This document shows positions 9,864 through 19,524 of a stretch of DNA of 64,000 bases, piece after piece (within the stretch, counting starts at the first letter, position 1; every line of letters starts with the position of its first letter). The position numbers and the translations under genes were made by a program. The stretch is from a virus (Duplodnaviria > Caudoviricetes), in IMG/VR virus record IMGVR_UViG_3300050335_000039, positions 1 through 64,000 of that record; one strand, 5' to 3'. Under the pieces are notes generated by a model. That model was not told where the DNA came from, searched no databases, and saw only the letters and a list, made by a program, of their open reading frames with translations.

Positions 9864-10247
9864 TTAATGTCCTAAAATCCTTTTTATTTCCTTATTATCT
9901 AGTTTTATACCCTCACTGGATTCAAAATAATCCAACAAATCCCAAATTATTTTTCTTTTTTCTTTCAAATGTTCGTAATTACACATATAACCACGAAATA
10001 CTTGCCCTAAAACTAATTGAGAATCACTATAAATTTTTATATTTTTATATCCCATCTTTTTAGCAAAATTTAGCGATTCTATCATAGCTAAATATTCGGC
10101 CTCATTTGAGGTAAAATTACCAAATAATAATTTTTCATGGTGTAGTAGTTTATTCTCATCTATAGAGTACCCATCATATATTTTAAATGATCCGTATGCT
10201 CCACCATTTTTTCTGTTTCTTCCTCCATCACATACTATACTATACAT
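9864..10247 (-). CDS. rnhA: Ribonuclease HI family protein
   Basis: CDGG, TSNEAEYLAMI, IYSDSQLV; start set at the MYSIV ATG next to the GT2 stop. Confidence 0.85.
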   Translation of the reverse strand: MYSIVCDGGRNRKNGGAYGSFKIYDGYSIDENKLLHHEKLLFGNFTSNEAEYLAMIESLNFAKKMGYKNIKIYSDSQLVLGQVFRGYMCNYEHLKEKRKIIWDLLDYFESSEGIKLDNKEIKRILGH

Positions 10248-11034
10248 CTTTTCTATCAAACAATTTAACACTAGAAAAAGTTTCAAACCAATCTTTATCT
10301 AGGTATTGTCCATTACTCCCTTCTGGATTTTTTGAATCAAAAGCAAATCCTCCATTATCAAATCTACGTTGTGTTCTAGATTGACCTACTTGATTTACAT
10401 AATAATTTCCAGCAATAGAATCTGTAAACATTATTCTATTTTTTTCAATAAAATCTAACATTCTTCTCCATAGAATTCCATCTTCTCCACATACAATACC
10501 CCTTTGAAAACCACCACATTGTACAAAAGGTTTTCTTGTGTGCGAAACTCCCATTGGTATTGATATGTTTACATACTTAAGGATGTGTAGATATTCATTT
10601 TTATTTTTATTATAATTTTTCATGGTTAAAAGATGGTTTACATTACCACAAAAACAACCCTTTTCAAAAATACTATATCCATCAAATAATAAATCTATAT
10701 CATTTTCATTAAATATTTTTAGTATATGATCTACTCTATCTTGATATATATAATCTCCGGCATCTAGATAAGTAATAACATCCCCATCAGATACCTGAAA
10801 ACCAACGTTTCTAGCTACTGATGGGCCATAATTAGAATTTAAACAAATTAATTTCAATTTTATTTTCTTAGCTTCAAATAGGTATTTTATGTCTTTTAGT
10901 ATATCTATACTACCACAATTATCGTACACTATTACCCATTCAAAATTATTACAATTTTGGTATATAATAGAATCCAAAGTAATTCCATATAAATATTCCA
11001 AATTTTCTACTGGTGTAATAATACTTACTAACAT
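10240..11034 (-). CDS. Glycosyltransferase family 2 (GT-A fold)
   Basis: VSIITP, EWVIVYD, GPSVARNVG, ITYLDAGD, GEDGILW. Confidence 0.85.
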   Translation of the reverse strand: MLVSIITPVENLEYLYGITLDSIIYQNCNNFEWVIVYDNCGSIDILKDIKYLFEAKKIKLKLICLNSNYGPSVARNVGFQVSDGDVITYLDAGDYIYQDRVDHILKIFNENDIDLLFDGYSIFEKGCFCGNVNHLLTMKNYNKNKNEYLHILKYVNISIPMGVSHTRKPFVQCGGFQRGIVCGEDGILWRRMLDFIEKNRIMFTDSIAGNYYVNQVGQSRTQRRFDNGGFAFDSKNPEGSNGQYLDKDWFETFSSVKLFDRKDV

Positions 11035-11036
11035 TT

Positions 11037-11942
11037 TTAGTACTCCTGTTGAAAAGGTAATTTTGATTTTTCTTTTAGCATACTCATAAACTCGCTTGCC
11101 CTTCCGCCGTCCTTAAAATAATCTCCGGCATCATAGCCTTTGTAGTCATTCTCATCTAAATCAGAAAACGTATAAATGCGGCATCTAAAAATTCCAAGAA
11201 TATTTGCTACTTTTTTTGCTCCAATTCTCCCTGCTTTATCATTATCATATACTATATAAATAAGTCTTTGATGCACATAATATTTTATCCACTCATTTAA
11301 GAAACATTCGCTTCCTCCATTATGACTAACTGCCGGAATACCATTTTGATTTAATACAATAGCACTGGTAGGGGCTTCCGTTAGTACTATCGTATCAGTA
11401 TATTTCATAATTTCAGTATTAAACGGAATTGGCCCAACATTTTTAAATAAATTCCTAATAGTTTTTGGATTATCCATTCTCAATTGAAAATTTCTTAATA
11501 TACCATCTACATAAAATGGTATAGTATTAAATCCTTTGTAATAGCCTAATTTAAATCTATCTATAGTTTCATCAGTAATTCCTCTCCTATACCAATAATC
11601 CCTATGATTTTTACCGTTTTCCCAAAATAAATCTACCATTTTTGGGTAAATTATTATATCAGGTTTATCCTTTTTTTCTGTTACTATATAAGTATTCTCA
11701 TAATTTGGAAATACTTTTAAATAATCTTTTGCTTGTTGAAAAGTCCAACCACGAACTCTAGTCAAATATATTAAAGCATCTCCTACTATACCTTCACTAT
11801 TCCAATAGAAAATTTGCTTCTCCCTGTCTATCACTAATGAGCTATGCAATTTTGATTTCCCCCATCTTGTTCCAGTAAAGTCTATTCCAAAATCTTCATT
11901 TATTAGTTTTTCTAAAATAGTTATAGGTTCATTATTTTCCAT
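11037..11942 (-). CDS. DNA primase (TOPRIM)
   Basis: YWYRRGI..ETIDRFKLG, LTEAPTS, YDNDKAG, DAGDYF. Confidence 0.85.
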   Translation of the reverse strand: MENNEPITILEKLINEDFGIDFTGTRWGKSKLHSSLVIDREKQIFYWNSEGIVGDALIYLTRVRGWTFQQAKDYLKVFPNYENTYIVTEKKDKPDIIIYPKMVDLFWENGKNHRDYWYRRGITDETIDRFKLGYYKGFNTIPFYVDGILRNFQLRMDNPKTIRNLFKNVGPIPFNTEIMKYTDTIVLTEAPTSAIVLNQNGIPAVSHNGGSECFLNEWIKYYVHQRLIYIVYDNDKAGRIGAKKVANILGIFRCRIYTFSDLDENDYKGYDAGDYFKDGGRASEFMSMLKEKSKLPFQQEY

Positions 11943-12295
11943 TTATTTTCCAATCTTTAATAATAATAAAAATAATCCTTATTTATAAAGCCATTATTAG
12001 CATCAAAATTAATATATAATTCATCAGAATTTTCAAAAAGTACTACAATAGAACGAGTGCCATCACTATATTCATATACTGATACTTTCTGAGGTAAACA
12101 GCTAAATATATCCATAATTTTTTCAAAATCAGTCATTAGTAAATTAACTCCGTAGATATATATTTTCCAAGTAAATCAAAAGTAATCAATACGTCATATC
12201 CTAAATTTAATCGAATAAAATATCCCTTTGTTGAATTAGACGTAACACTAAAATTACAGGCCGCTCTTTCAAGAATATGTTTTACTAATTCAAAT

Positions 12296-12979
12296 TCACT
12301 CATTTTCTATCCTTTCTTTGGCTAGGTTAAATATATTTGTATCTTTCTCAATCCCATAAAAATCCCTATTATTATTTTTACACCAAACTCCGGTAGTACC
12401 GCTTCCCATAAAAGGGTCTAATACTTTATCGCCTTCATCTGTTACTGGCAGTAAAAGGCGATTCATTAATTTCAATGGTTTTTGCCATTGTATATTTTTA
12501 TTATACATCTTAACTCTTTCTTTGTCAATGGTAGAGAAATTTCCTAAATCATCAAAAACATCGCATGGTGTTTTTAGTCCTGTCCCTTTTTTATCTAGTC
12601 TTGTTCCGGCAGTAACTTTAGGAATCTGTATTCTATCTGGATACCATTTAAAATTGTCTAAATCATAAGTGTACATTAAAATATCATCATGTTTTTTTGG
12701 AAAACCTTTTTTAGGAACACCTCCCCATTCCTGTTTATATATTAACCAATTTATCATTTTTAGTCCTAAATTATCTAATAACTGTTTAATTTGCGTAACT
12801 GTATGATAATCGGTTTGTACAAATATAATTCCAGATTTTTTTAGAACTGATGTACACAAAAATAACCATGATAAATCCTCATTATCATAAATACAATCTG
12901 CATAAATGCAATCAAATTCATACTTATTATTAATAAACTTTTTTAGAATTTCAATGTTATCATTATTATATAAAAGCAT
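12296..12979 (-). CDS. Beta-class N4-C/N6-A DNA methyltransferase with atypical catalytic motif
   Basis: QKPLKLM, SAM motif VLDPFMGSGTT, YGIEKD; DCIY occupies the position of DPPY. Confidence 0.85.
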   Translation of the reverse strand: MLLYNNDNIEILKKFINNKYEFDCIYADCIYDNEDLSWLFLCTSVLKKSGIIFVQTDYHTVTQIKQLLDNLGLKMINWLIYKQEWGGVPKKGFPKKHDDILMYTYDLDNFKWYPDRIQIPKVTAGTRLDKKGTGLKTPCDVFDDLGNFSTIDKERVKMYNKNIQWQKPLKLMNRLLLPVTDEGDKVLDPFMGSGTTGVWCKNNNRDFYGIEKDTNIFNLAKERIENE

Positions 12980-13433
12980 AATTAAGTGTCTCCGAAAAAA
13001 TACCGCTTGTAAAACATGCTACTGCAAACCACGGATTACCTTTTCCAGTAAAATCTATTCTTTTATTTAGTAACAATATCTGTATTCCATATTTACTAAA
13101 CAATTGTTGCCTATAACTTCCTTCTAATGTAGTAATAGGTAATAACAAAGCAAACGGTTTTTTATACTGAAAGGCTTTATATAGAAATTGATTTTTCTTG
13201 TTAAATGGTGGGTTTGTAATTATAATATCAAAATCATCTCTATTTGATAACAAGAAATTTTCATTTTTATCTCCAAAAACATCATAACCAAGAGAAGATA
13301 TTATATCTAATAATCTTCCCTCACCTACTGCACATTCCCAAATTTTGTAATTATGCGGAATATACTCTAATAGAGGTAGTACTGCTTCTTTTGGAGTAGC
13401 TAAATCATTACTTCCTTTTCCTAAATATTTCAT
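12966..13433 (-). CDS. Small phage-type N6-adenine DNA methyltransferase
   Basis: TPKEAV, IWECAVGEG, IITNPPF, KPFALLLP, RIDF. Confidence 0.82.
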   Translation of the reverse strand: MKYLGKGSNDLATPKEAVLPLLEYIPHNYKIWECAVGEGRLLDIISSLGYDVFGDKNENFLLSNRDDFDIIITNPPFNKKNQFLYKAFQYKKPFALLLPITTLEGSYRQQLFSKYGIQILLLNKRIDFTGKGNPWFAVACFTSGIFSETLNYAFI

Positions 13434-13437
13434 ATAC

Positions 13438-14625
13438 CTATCCTTTTATAACAGCTAATGGAATTAATTCAACAATAGGAGTTACCAAATCCTTTTGGTT
13501 CTCCATGACTATATCAATATCTTTATAAGCACTAGGAGATTCATCTAAATCTTTCTCTGTTCTTATTTCATGTATAATTCCTTTACTATCTAACTTTTTA
13601 ATTTCTTCCTCTAAATTTAGAGTCTTTCTTGCTTCATTTCTACCCATTAATCTACCAGAACCATGAGAACAGGAATTAAAAGATTCAGGATTTCCTAGAC
13701 CTTTACAAATATAAGATTTAGTACCCTGACTTCCAGGTATAATACATTCAGAATCTTTACAAGCAGGTGTAGCACCTTTTCTATGAATTATTACACCTTT
13801 TTCATATCCCCTTTCCTCTACAGCAAAATTATGAATAGATTCTTTTACTGGCCCTTCTATGTATGTATTCATTTTATAACTAATGATTTCACAAATTTTT
13901 TTCATCATTATATATCTATTATTTGAAGCAAATGAAATACAATACCCCATTTCATTTAAATATAAATTTGATTCCTCACTTCCTAGCGGTAGAAAAGCCA
14001 AATCCCATTCTTTAGGAATAGATGAAAAATATTTTTCATTTAATTCTTTAGCTACTTTATTATAATGTTCTGCAACCTGTTTACCTAAATTTCTAGAGCC
14101 AGAATGAATCATCACCCATAAAGTATTATTACTTCCTTTTTGTAATTCAATAAAATGATTTCCTCCTCCAAGAGTACCAAGTTGGTATCTTGAACTCTGG
14201 TATTCTCTTTTGCAAATAGGAACTCCATTTAAATCTGTTCCAGAACCATAACTAAAAGGCATTAAACCTTCTGAAATAGGTTCACTATTACGATTAAATC
14301 CTACGGGAATTTGGTTTCTAATTTCACCTAAAATGTCTTTTAATTGTTCTGTAGAAATCTCATTAATATCTATTTCGGTATCTAATGCTACCATCCCACA
14401 ACCTATATCTACTCCAACAGCATTAGGAATTATAACATCTTTTGTAACTAAAACACTTCCAATAGGAACCCCATACCCTGAATGAACATCGGGCATAACA
14501 GCAATATGGTTATAAATAAAAGGTAAATTTGCTAAATGATTAATCTGTTCTATAGCTCCTTTATCTATATCTTCCCAGGAATTTACCCAGGCTTTTACTA
14601 TATTTTTTTGTTTATTTATTATCAT
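13438..14625 (-). CDS. rtcB: RtcB RNA 3'-P/5'-OH ligase
   Basis: MPDVHSGYG, VGVDIGCG, GTLGGGNHFIE, HSGSR, IHN, HRKGA, PGSQG, HGSGR, DESPSAYK. Confidence 0.97.
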   Translation of the reverse strand: MIINKQKNIVKAWVNSWEDIDKGAIEQINHLANLPFIYNHIAVMPDVHSGYGVPIGSVLVTKDVIIPNAVGVDIGCGMVALDTEIDINEISTEQLKDILGEIRNQIPVGFNRNSEPISEGLMPFSYGSGTDLNGVPICKREYQSSRYQLGTLGGGNHFIELQKGSNNTLWVMIHSGSRNLGKQVAEHYNKVAKELNEKYFSSIPKEWDLAFLPLGSEESNLYLNEMGYCISFASNNRYIMMKKICEIISYKMNTYIEGPVKESIHNFAVEERGYEKGVIIHRKGATPACKDSECIIPGSQGTKSYICKGLGNPESFNSCSHGSGRLMGRNEARKTLNLEEEIKKLDSKGIIHEIRTEKDLDESPSAYKDIDIVMENQKDLVTPIVELIPLAVIKG

Positions 14626-14657
14626 ACCATATTCCCTTCATTTTTTTAAAATTAAAG

Positions 14658-14731
14658 TCTCCTTGGAGGGAGTTGAACCCTCAACCAACAGATTAGAAGT
14701 CTGATGCTCTATCCTATTGAGCTACAAGGAG
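14658..14731 (-). tRNA. tRNA-Arg (UCU)
   Basis: Acceptor CUCCUUG/CAAGGAG, D arm GCUC/GAGC, anticodon loop CUUCUAA, T arm GAGGG-UUCAACU-CCCUC; CCA not encoded. Confidence 0.92.
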
Positions 14732-14779
14732 TTTCATTATTATTCCATAAATAATTATAGAAAACGCTTATACTGCCAT

Positions 14780-14926
14780 TTACGTTCTGTAGCATAGATG
14801 GTATCCATTTATTGCTGGTGTCCATTCTCCAGGTGTCCACGTTCCATCAACATTCTCCACCGGTAGTGACCACTGGAAACCACCATAACTCTTTCCTTCG
14901 CTATTCAATATTTTATATATTGTCAT
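14780..14926 (-). CDS. 48-aa ORF, possibly a truncated gene remnant
   Basis: MTIYKILNSEGKSYGGFQWSLPVENVDGTWTPGEWTPAINGYHLCYRT; below the ORF-track cutoff and visibly GC-richer than its flanks. Confidence 0.4.
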   Translation of the reverse strand: MTIYKILNSEGKSYGGFQWSLPVENVDGTWTPGEWTPAINGYHLCYRT

Positions 14927-15084
14927 AACTATTTACCCGCAATTTAAAGAAAGTATAATTATAAGTACTCCTATGGCTATACCAATAACTTCTGGGTGAC
15001 CTTCAATTATAAGTAATTTTATAAAGAAATAAAGTATAAGTATTATACCGACTAAAATACCTATAACAGCCAATGTTGTTAACA

Positions 15085-15330
15085 TTATTCCTCTAATTCT
15101 TTAGCAATTAACATGGCATAATTAGCAACATCAATACAGCATTTAATTGCTTCTTCCTTATTTTTTACATCAAAAAAGTAACAAAGTTTATCAAGATTAT
15201 AAGTCATTGAAGTATATAAATTCTCAAACCACAAATCTTTTTCATCGTGTACTACAACTTTATCTTTATTGTCTGTTAATACATTTGACATTTTCTTAGT
15301 AAATTTTTCTAAAAACTCAAGGTTTTGCAT
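15085..15330 (-). CDS. Small helical protein, possibly MazG-like NTP pyrophosphohydrolase
   Basis: C-terminal IDVANYAMLI resembles the ExaDVANFaM motif, but the acidic residues appear degenerate. Confidence 0.35.
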   Translation of the reverse strand: MQNLEFLEKFTKKMSNVLTDNKDKVVVHDEKDLWFENLYTSMTYNLDKLCYFFDVKNKEEAIKCCIDVANYAMLIAKELEE

Positions 15331-15489
15331 ATTAATTTTCCCTTTCTAATTTATTTTTACGTTCTTTTTTTATTTGTAAACTTCTCTTTTTTTGTTCTTC
15401 TTCTAGTATAAAAATATTTCTATTATCTATTAACATTCCGTATTTACGTTTATTTATTTTTCTGTCTCTATTATTAGCTTTATTTATGT

Positions 15490-15864
15490 TCATATTTTCT
15501 CTACTTTAAAATATGGGTATATGTTTATAGTATAATAAATTTTTTTTACTCCAGCATCCTTAAGTGCTTTTAGACAATCTTCACATGGTCTAGCCATTGC
15601 AGGCTTACCATTTTTGGTTTGCCTATAAATATATGCTACTGATCCTTTCAAATTAGTTTTACCACAATTTATTAGACATCTAATTTCAGCATGACTAGAC
15701 CTACAAAAATTTAATTTACTATTTGTTGGCCTGGTCTTTTTAAGATTAAATCCTATTCCAATAGGCTTATGTTTTGCTATTACACAGCCTAATTTCTGTT
15801 TATAATCAGAATACATGCTTACATTTTTAGCTAATAAAAAATATCCTATATTAAACAGACTCAT
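15490..15864 (-). CDS. Zn-dependent cytidine/dCMP deaminase-like protein
   Basis: HAE (SHAEIRC) and PCxxC (ARPCEDC). Confidence 0.85.
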   Translation of the reverse strand: MSLFNIGYFLLAKNVSMYSDYKQKLGCVIAKHKPIGIGFNLKKTRPTNSKLNFCRSSHAEIRCLINCGKTNLKGSVAYIYRQTKNGKPAMARPCEDCLKALKDAGVKKIYYTINIYPYFKVEKI

Positions 15865-16027
15865 CTTCTATACAATAATTCTCCTCATATTCATCTTCAT
15901 CTATATCAAATATCTCAAATGGTTCGGTATATTTACAGTTTGGATAGTCAGCACAACCATAGAATTTTTCTCCTGTTTTACTGTTTATTCTTACCATCAT
16001 TGTACTTCCGCATTTTTTACATATCAT

Positions 16028-16462
16028 TTAGTATCCTTTATATATATTAATATTATCTGGTAAATATTTAATTATATTATATACACTATCATATTGTAAA
16101 TGCCCACATCCAATTCCAGGAAAATTCAACCCAAAAATTAATTCTGGTTTTCTAACAGCAAAATCCCTCAATAATGATGTAGAATATTTTATTAATTCTA
16201 AATCAGCATTATCCTTAAAATGATATTTTGTTTGAAATATCCCAATATTTTCCATTACGATAACTCCGTATTTACCTAAATTACCACAAGTATTTAGAAT
16301 TCTTTCTCCAAATTTTTTTGCTAGAAATGGGTAAATTTTATATAACTCTCCGGCGGCACCTTTACCCATTACTAATTCGTGTTTACTTGTAACAAATGAA
16401 TTAGTAGTAACCAATAAAACATCAACATTAGCGGAAAATAGGTTATCATAAAATAATTTCAT
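16028..16462 (-). CDS. Macro-domain (ADP-ribose-binding) protein
   Basis: VTTNS, MGKGAA, FQTKYHF, FPGIGCG. Confidence 0.75.
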   Translation of the reverse strand: MKLFYDNLFSANVDVLLVTTNSFVTSKHELVMGKGAAGELYKIYPFLAKKFGERILNTCGNLGKYGVIVMENIGIFQTKYHFKDNADLELIKYSTSLLRDFAVRKPELIFGLNFPGIGCGHLQYDSVYNIIKYLPDNINIYKGY

Positions 16463-16732
16463 TTTATATGATTCTTCCTCTCAATTTTACTATTCTATCT
16501 AAAATAATTTTATCTTTAATCTCTTTTATATTTCCATCTAGATCGCTTACATAAATTTTTCTACACAAAGCACAAAATAAATATCTTTTATTATCTATAT
16601 AAACAATATCCAAACAACTCTTACAATTTATGCATTTAGCCATTATTCATCACCATAAAAAAAATTTGGATGGCCTGACTCTCACCAGACTGTATTTTAT
16701 TGTCCATTTAGAATCAATAATAGCATCCATAG

Positions 16733-16805
16733 TGGGCTAGGTAGGAGTCGAACCTACAACTCACTCCTTATAAGAGAGGCACTCTAACCATTGAGTTACT
16801 AGCCC
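16733..16805 (-). tRNA. tRNA-Ile (UAU)
   Basis: Acceptor GGGCUAG/CUAGCCC, D arm ACUC/GAGU, anticodon loop CUUAUAA, T arm GUAGG-UUCGACU-CCUAC; CCA not encoded. Confidence 0.88.
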
Positions 16806-16868
16806 ATGTACTCCGGCAACTAAGTACCGGAGTAAAAAGGAGAAAAATAAAATGTCTTATTAATTATA

Positions 16869-16897
16869 ATTATACTATAGTATCAGCAATGTGTCAA
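16869..16897 (-). promoter_or_regulatory. Sigma70/SigA consensus promoter upstream of tRNA-Ile
   Basis: TTGACA-17 bp-TATAAT on the minus strand. Confidence 0.85.
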
Positions 16898-16901
16898 GGG
16901 T

Positions 16902-17216
16902 TTACTTTGATTTAGCAAATTCCTTAATTGGTTTAACCCCAGTATTATAACCTATAAACGATAGTAACGCTCCTAACACGGCTAATACAATATATTTTAC
17001 TAAATCCAACACACTACCTACAATGGGTACATCAACCGATAATCCCAGCCATAAAAGGGCATAGGGTACAACTGCATTTAAAATTGGAGTTATAACAACA
17101 TAAAAAATAGGCATAAATTCTTGACTGGGATTAATCTTCCTAACTAACCATTTAATACCTTCAATAATTAAGATTACAACCCCAGCTGTAGTTACGATTT
17201 GTGATAGATCAACCAT
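16902..17216 (-). CDS. Small membrane protein with about 3 TM segments (holin-like)
   Basis: Three hydrophobic stretches and a basic C-terminus; ggag RBS. Confidence 0.55.
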   Translation of the reverse strand: MVDLSQIVTTAGVVILIIEGIKWLVRKINPSQEFMPIFYVVITPILNAVVPYALLWLGLSVDVPIVGSVLDLVKYIVLAVLGALLSFIGYNTGVKPIKEFAKSK

Positions 17217-17366
17217 ATTTAATCTCCTAACTCTAAGTATCCTTCTAATTCATAAATAATATCTAAGGCATCACTTATAGCAAATTCTACCTTTGTATTA
17301 TTTAAATCTGTAAATGTGCCTTCTAATATTTCTTCTATTTCTTCAAGTTTACTAATAATTTCATCG

Positions 17367-17951
17367 TTAGACATTATTAATCTCCTTATTTAAAATGTTT
17401 TCTGCCAAGGTATTACAATAATCATTTAAATCTTCCATACTACAGTTATTATAAATTACAAAATCGAAATTTTCAAAATATTCAAAATCATCTAGAGACG
17501 TTTCACTTACATCATCATAAGCAGGAGTTCCCTTTAATATTTCCCTGTCTGGGGATATAATTTTTACTTTATAAATAGAATAAACTGTATTATTTTTCAA
17601 ATAGCCATATTCATTTGGAAATCGCCAATCGTCTATTATAGCTATTTTAAAACCATTAAAACCTAAATAAGTTTTTTCTAATTTGCTTACCCAAATATCT
17701 TTATTATATTTTCTACCTATTCTACCAACATCCTGTAAAAGAGTTCTTCCTTTTTCATCTTTATTTCCATCCCAACCAAAACCAAAAAAGGCCGCATCTT
17801 TTACCCCTTTAGCAAAGGAATATATATTAGAATCTTTATACCCCTTTTGAATAAAAATATCCCTTAGTAAGTTAGCAACAGTAGTTTTTCCTGTACCAGC
17901 TTTTCCAGAAAGCAAAATACAAATTGGTTTATTAAACATTACTCCTGACAT
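17367..17951 (-). CDS. Deoxynucleoside monophosphate kinase-like P-loop protein
   Basis: GKAGTGKT, SFAKGVK, RTLLQDVG, IDDWRFPNE, SET. Confidence 0.85.
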   Translation of the reverse strand: MSGVMFNKPICILLSGKAGTGKTTVANLLRDIFIQKGYKDSNIYSFAKGVKDAAFFGFGWDGNKDEKGRTLLQDVGRIGRKYNKDIWVSKLEKTYLGFNGFKIAIIDDWRFPNEYGYLKNNTVYSIYKVKIISPDREILKGTPAYDDVSETSLDDFEYFENFDFVIYNNCSMEDLNDYCNTLAENILNKEINNV

Positions 17952-18110
17952 TCCTCCAAGACTCCTTCCAATAACTTTTTATTTATATAATTGTTTGCAA
18001 CAAGAAACTTTAAAATAAAGGATAAAGTCGGTATTCCAAATACAATAGAATCTTTTGTAGAAATAAAAAATTCATTATTTGTGTCTTGTCTAATAACTAT
18101 ACAATTAAGA

Positions 18111-18479
18111 TTAGGTATTTTCATTACCCTCAGAGACATTTTTAACCTCTTCTTCTGCAACATTAAAAAGACTGTAATCATATTTCTGTAAATAATTTGT
18201 AGAGTACAAATTACAATTATTTATTGCAGAATATAAATCCCTATTAATTACCTTAAATCCCATTGTTTTTTCATCCCATTTCTTTAAATCTTTACTCCTA
18301 CCTTCACTAATATTATATGTAACTGTCCAATAACCATCTTCAAAAACTGCCTTTATTTCTGTATTAAATGTTTTTCCAATAAAGTCATTCTTTTCAATAA
18401 CTAAATTAACGTCTTTATCTTTTTTATTTTTATTAAAAAGTTTCATATCAGACTCCTTTATATACTTGTTCTTACCCAT
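18111..18479 (-). CDS. Hypothetical protein
   Basis: ORF in the operon; true start is probably the internal MKLFNK. Confidence 0.55.
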   Translation of the reverse strand: MGKNKYIKESDMKLFNKNKKDKDVNLVIEKNDFIGKTFNTEIKAVFEDGYWTVTYNISEGRSKDLKKWDEKTMGFKVINRDLYSAINNCNLYSTNYLQKYDYSLFNVAEEEVKNVSEGNENT

Positions 18480-19138
18480 TTTCTAAACGGCTGTAATTTA
18501 TTGTGTAATGATTCTAAAATTTCTACGTCTGCAATATTATGATATAATACAGAATTTAATGCTTTTTTGTCGCCATATTTAGCAAGATACCATACATTAC
18601 CATCTAATGGTGTTTTCCCCTCTATTCCTAAATATTGTGTAGCAACTGCTAAAGATTTTCTGGATAGACATAATTTGCTTTTAACTGTATAATATAAATC
18701 AAAATTATATATATCGCCATAAGCTGGAAAATCAAAGTCATAATGTAATGCCTTGGTTCTCAAAAACGGCAAATCAAAACCTGTTCCAAAATATGTAACT
18801 ATAATTTTATATTTGCACATCTCATTAATACAGCTTTTTATAATCCTTGTATCAAATGTACCATTAAATAATTCTTTTTTATCTATTATATCATAAGCCG
18901 TTGTACCGTCTTTTTCCTTTATAGACCATGATAACATTGTCCCTAAATCTGCTTTTAAATTATCTGTCTCTATGTCTAAATAGCCTATTCTATATTGTGG
19001 AATTTGATACCACTCTACACCCATTTCTTTAGCTATTTTATTAGCCTGTTTGTCATTTACTAAGCCATTAGCAAAACATGACGGATGAGATTCTATGTCG
19101 TGTCTATGTACACAAAACAAATCTTTTATACCTAACAT
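18458..19138 (-). CDS. RNase H-fold DEDD 3'-5' exonuclease
   Basis: YLDIET, GTGFDLPFL, DLYY, HNIADV. Confidence 0.82.
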   Translation of the reverse strand: MLGIKDLFCVHRHDIESHPSCFANGLVNDKQANKIAKEMGVEWYQIPQYRIGYLDIETDNLKADLGTMLSWSIKEKDGTTAYDIIDKKELFNGTFDTRIIKSCINEMCKYKIIVTYFGTGFDLPFLRTKALHYDFDFPAYGDIYNFDLYYTVKSKLCLSRKSLAVATQYLGIEGKTPLDGNVWYLAKYGDKKALNSVLYHNIADVEILESLHNKLQPFRKWVRTSI

Positions 19139-19524
19139 TGTTTATCCTTATCTAAGCCAATATATTCTGCCATTCGTTTTTGCTGTTCTTCGTTTAATTT
19201 ATATTTTTTAGTTATATAATCCATGTAACCCTCGTCCGTAAATTCATAACCTAATGATATAGAAAGTTTATTAATTATATCAGAATAAATTTTTGATACT
19301 GTAATTCTATTTAAATTTAATTTTGAGCTTAAATCTTTATAGTTTATTCCGTCTATAATATAATTATATACTTTTATTTCCACCGGAGAAAACAATCCCT
19401 TCTTATTTAAGTCTGCAAATTTTTTTTCTATTACAATTAAATCATTATATTCGTCGGAATCTATATCACCTCTTTCTTTTATAAGTTTATTGTTTTCTAA
19501 TAATTGTCTAATTATCCAGCTCAT
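19132..19524 (-). CDS. HTH DNA-binding protein (LuxR/sigma region 4-like)
   Basis: FSPVEIKVY...GINYKDLSSKLNLNRITVSK. Confidence 0.6.
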   Translation of the reverse strand: MSWIIRQLLENNKLIKERGDIDSDEYNDLIVIEKKFADLNKKGLFSPVEIKVYNYIIDGINYKDLSSKLNLNRITVSKIYSDIINKLSISLGYEFTDEGYMDYITKKYKLNEEQQKRMAEYIGLDKDKQC

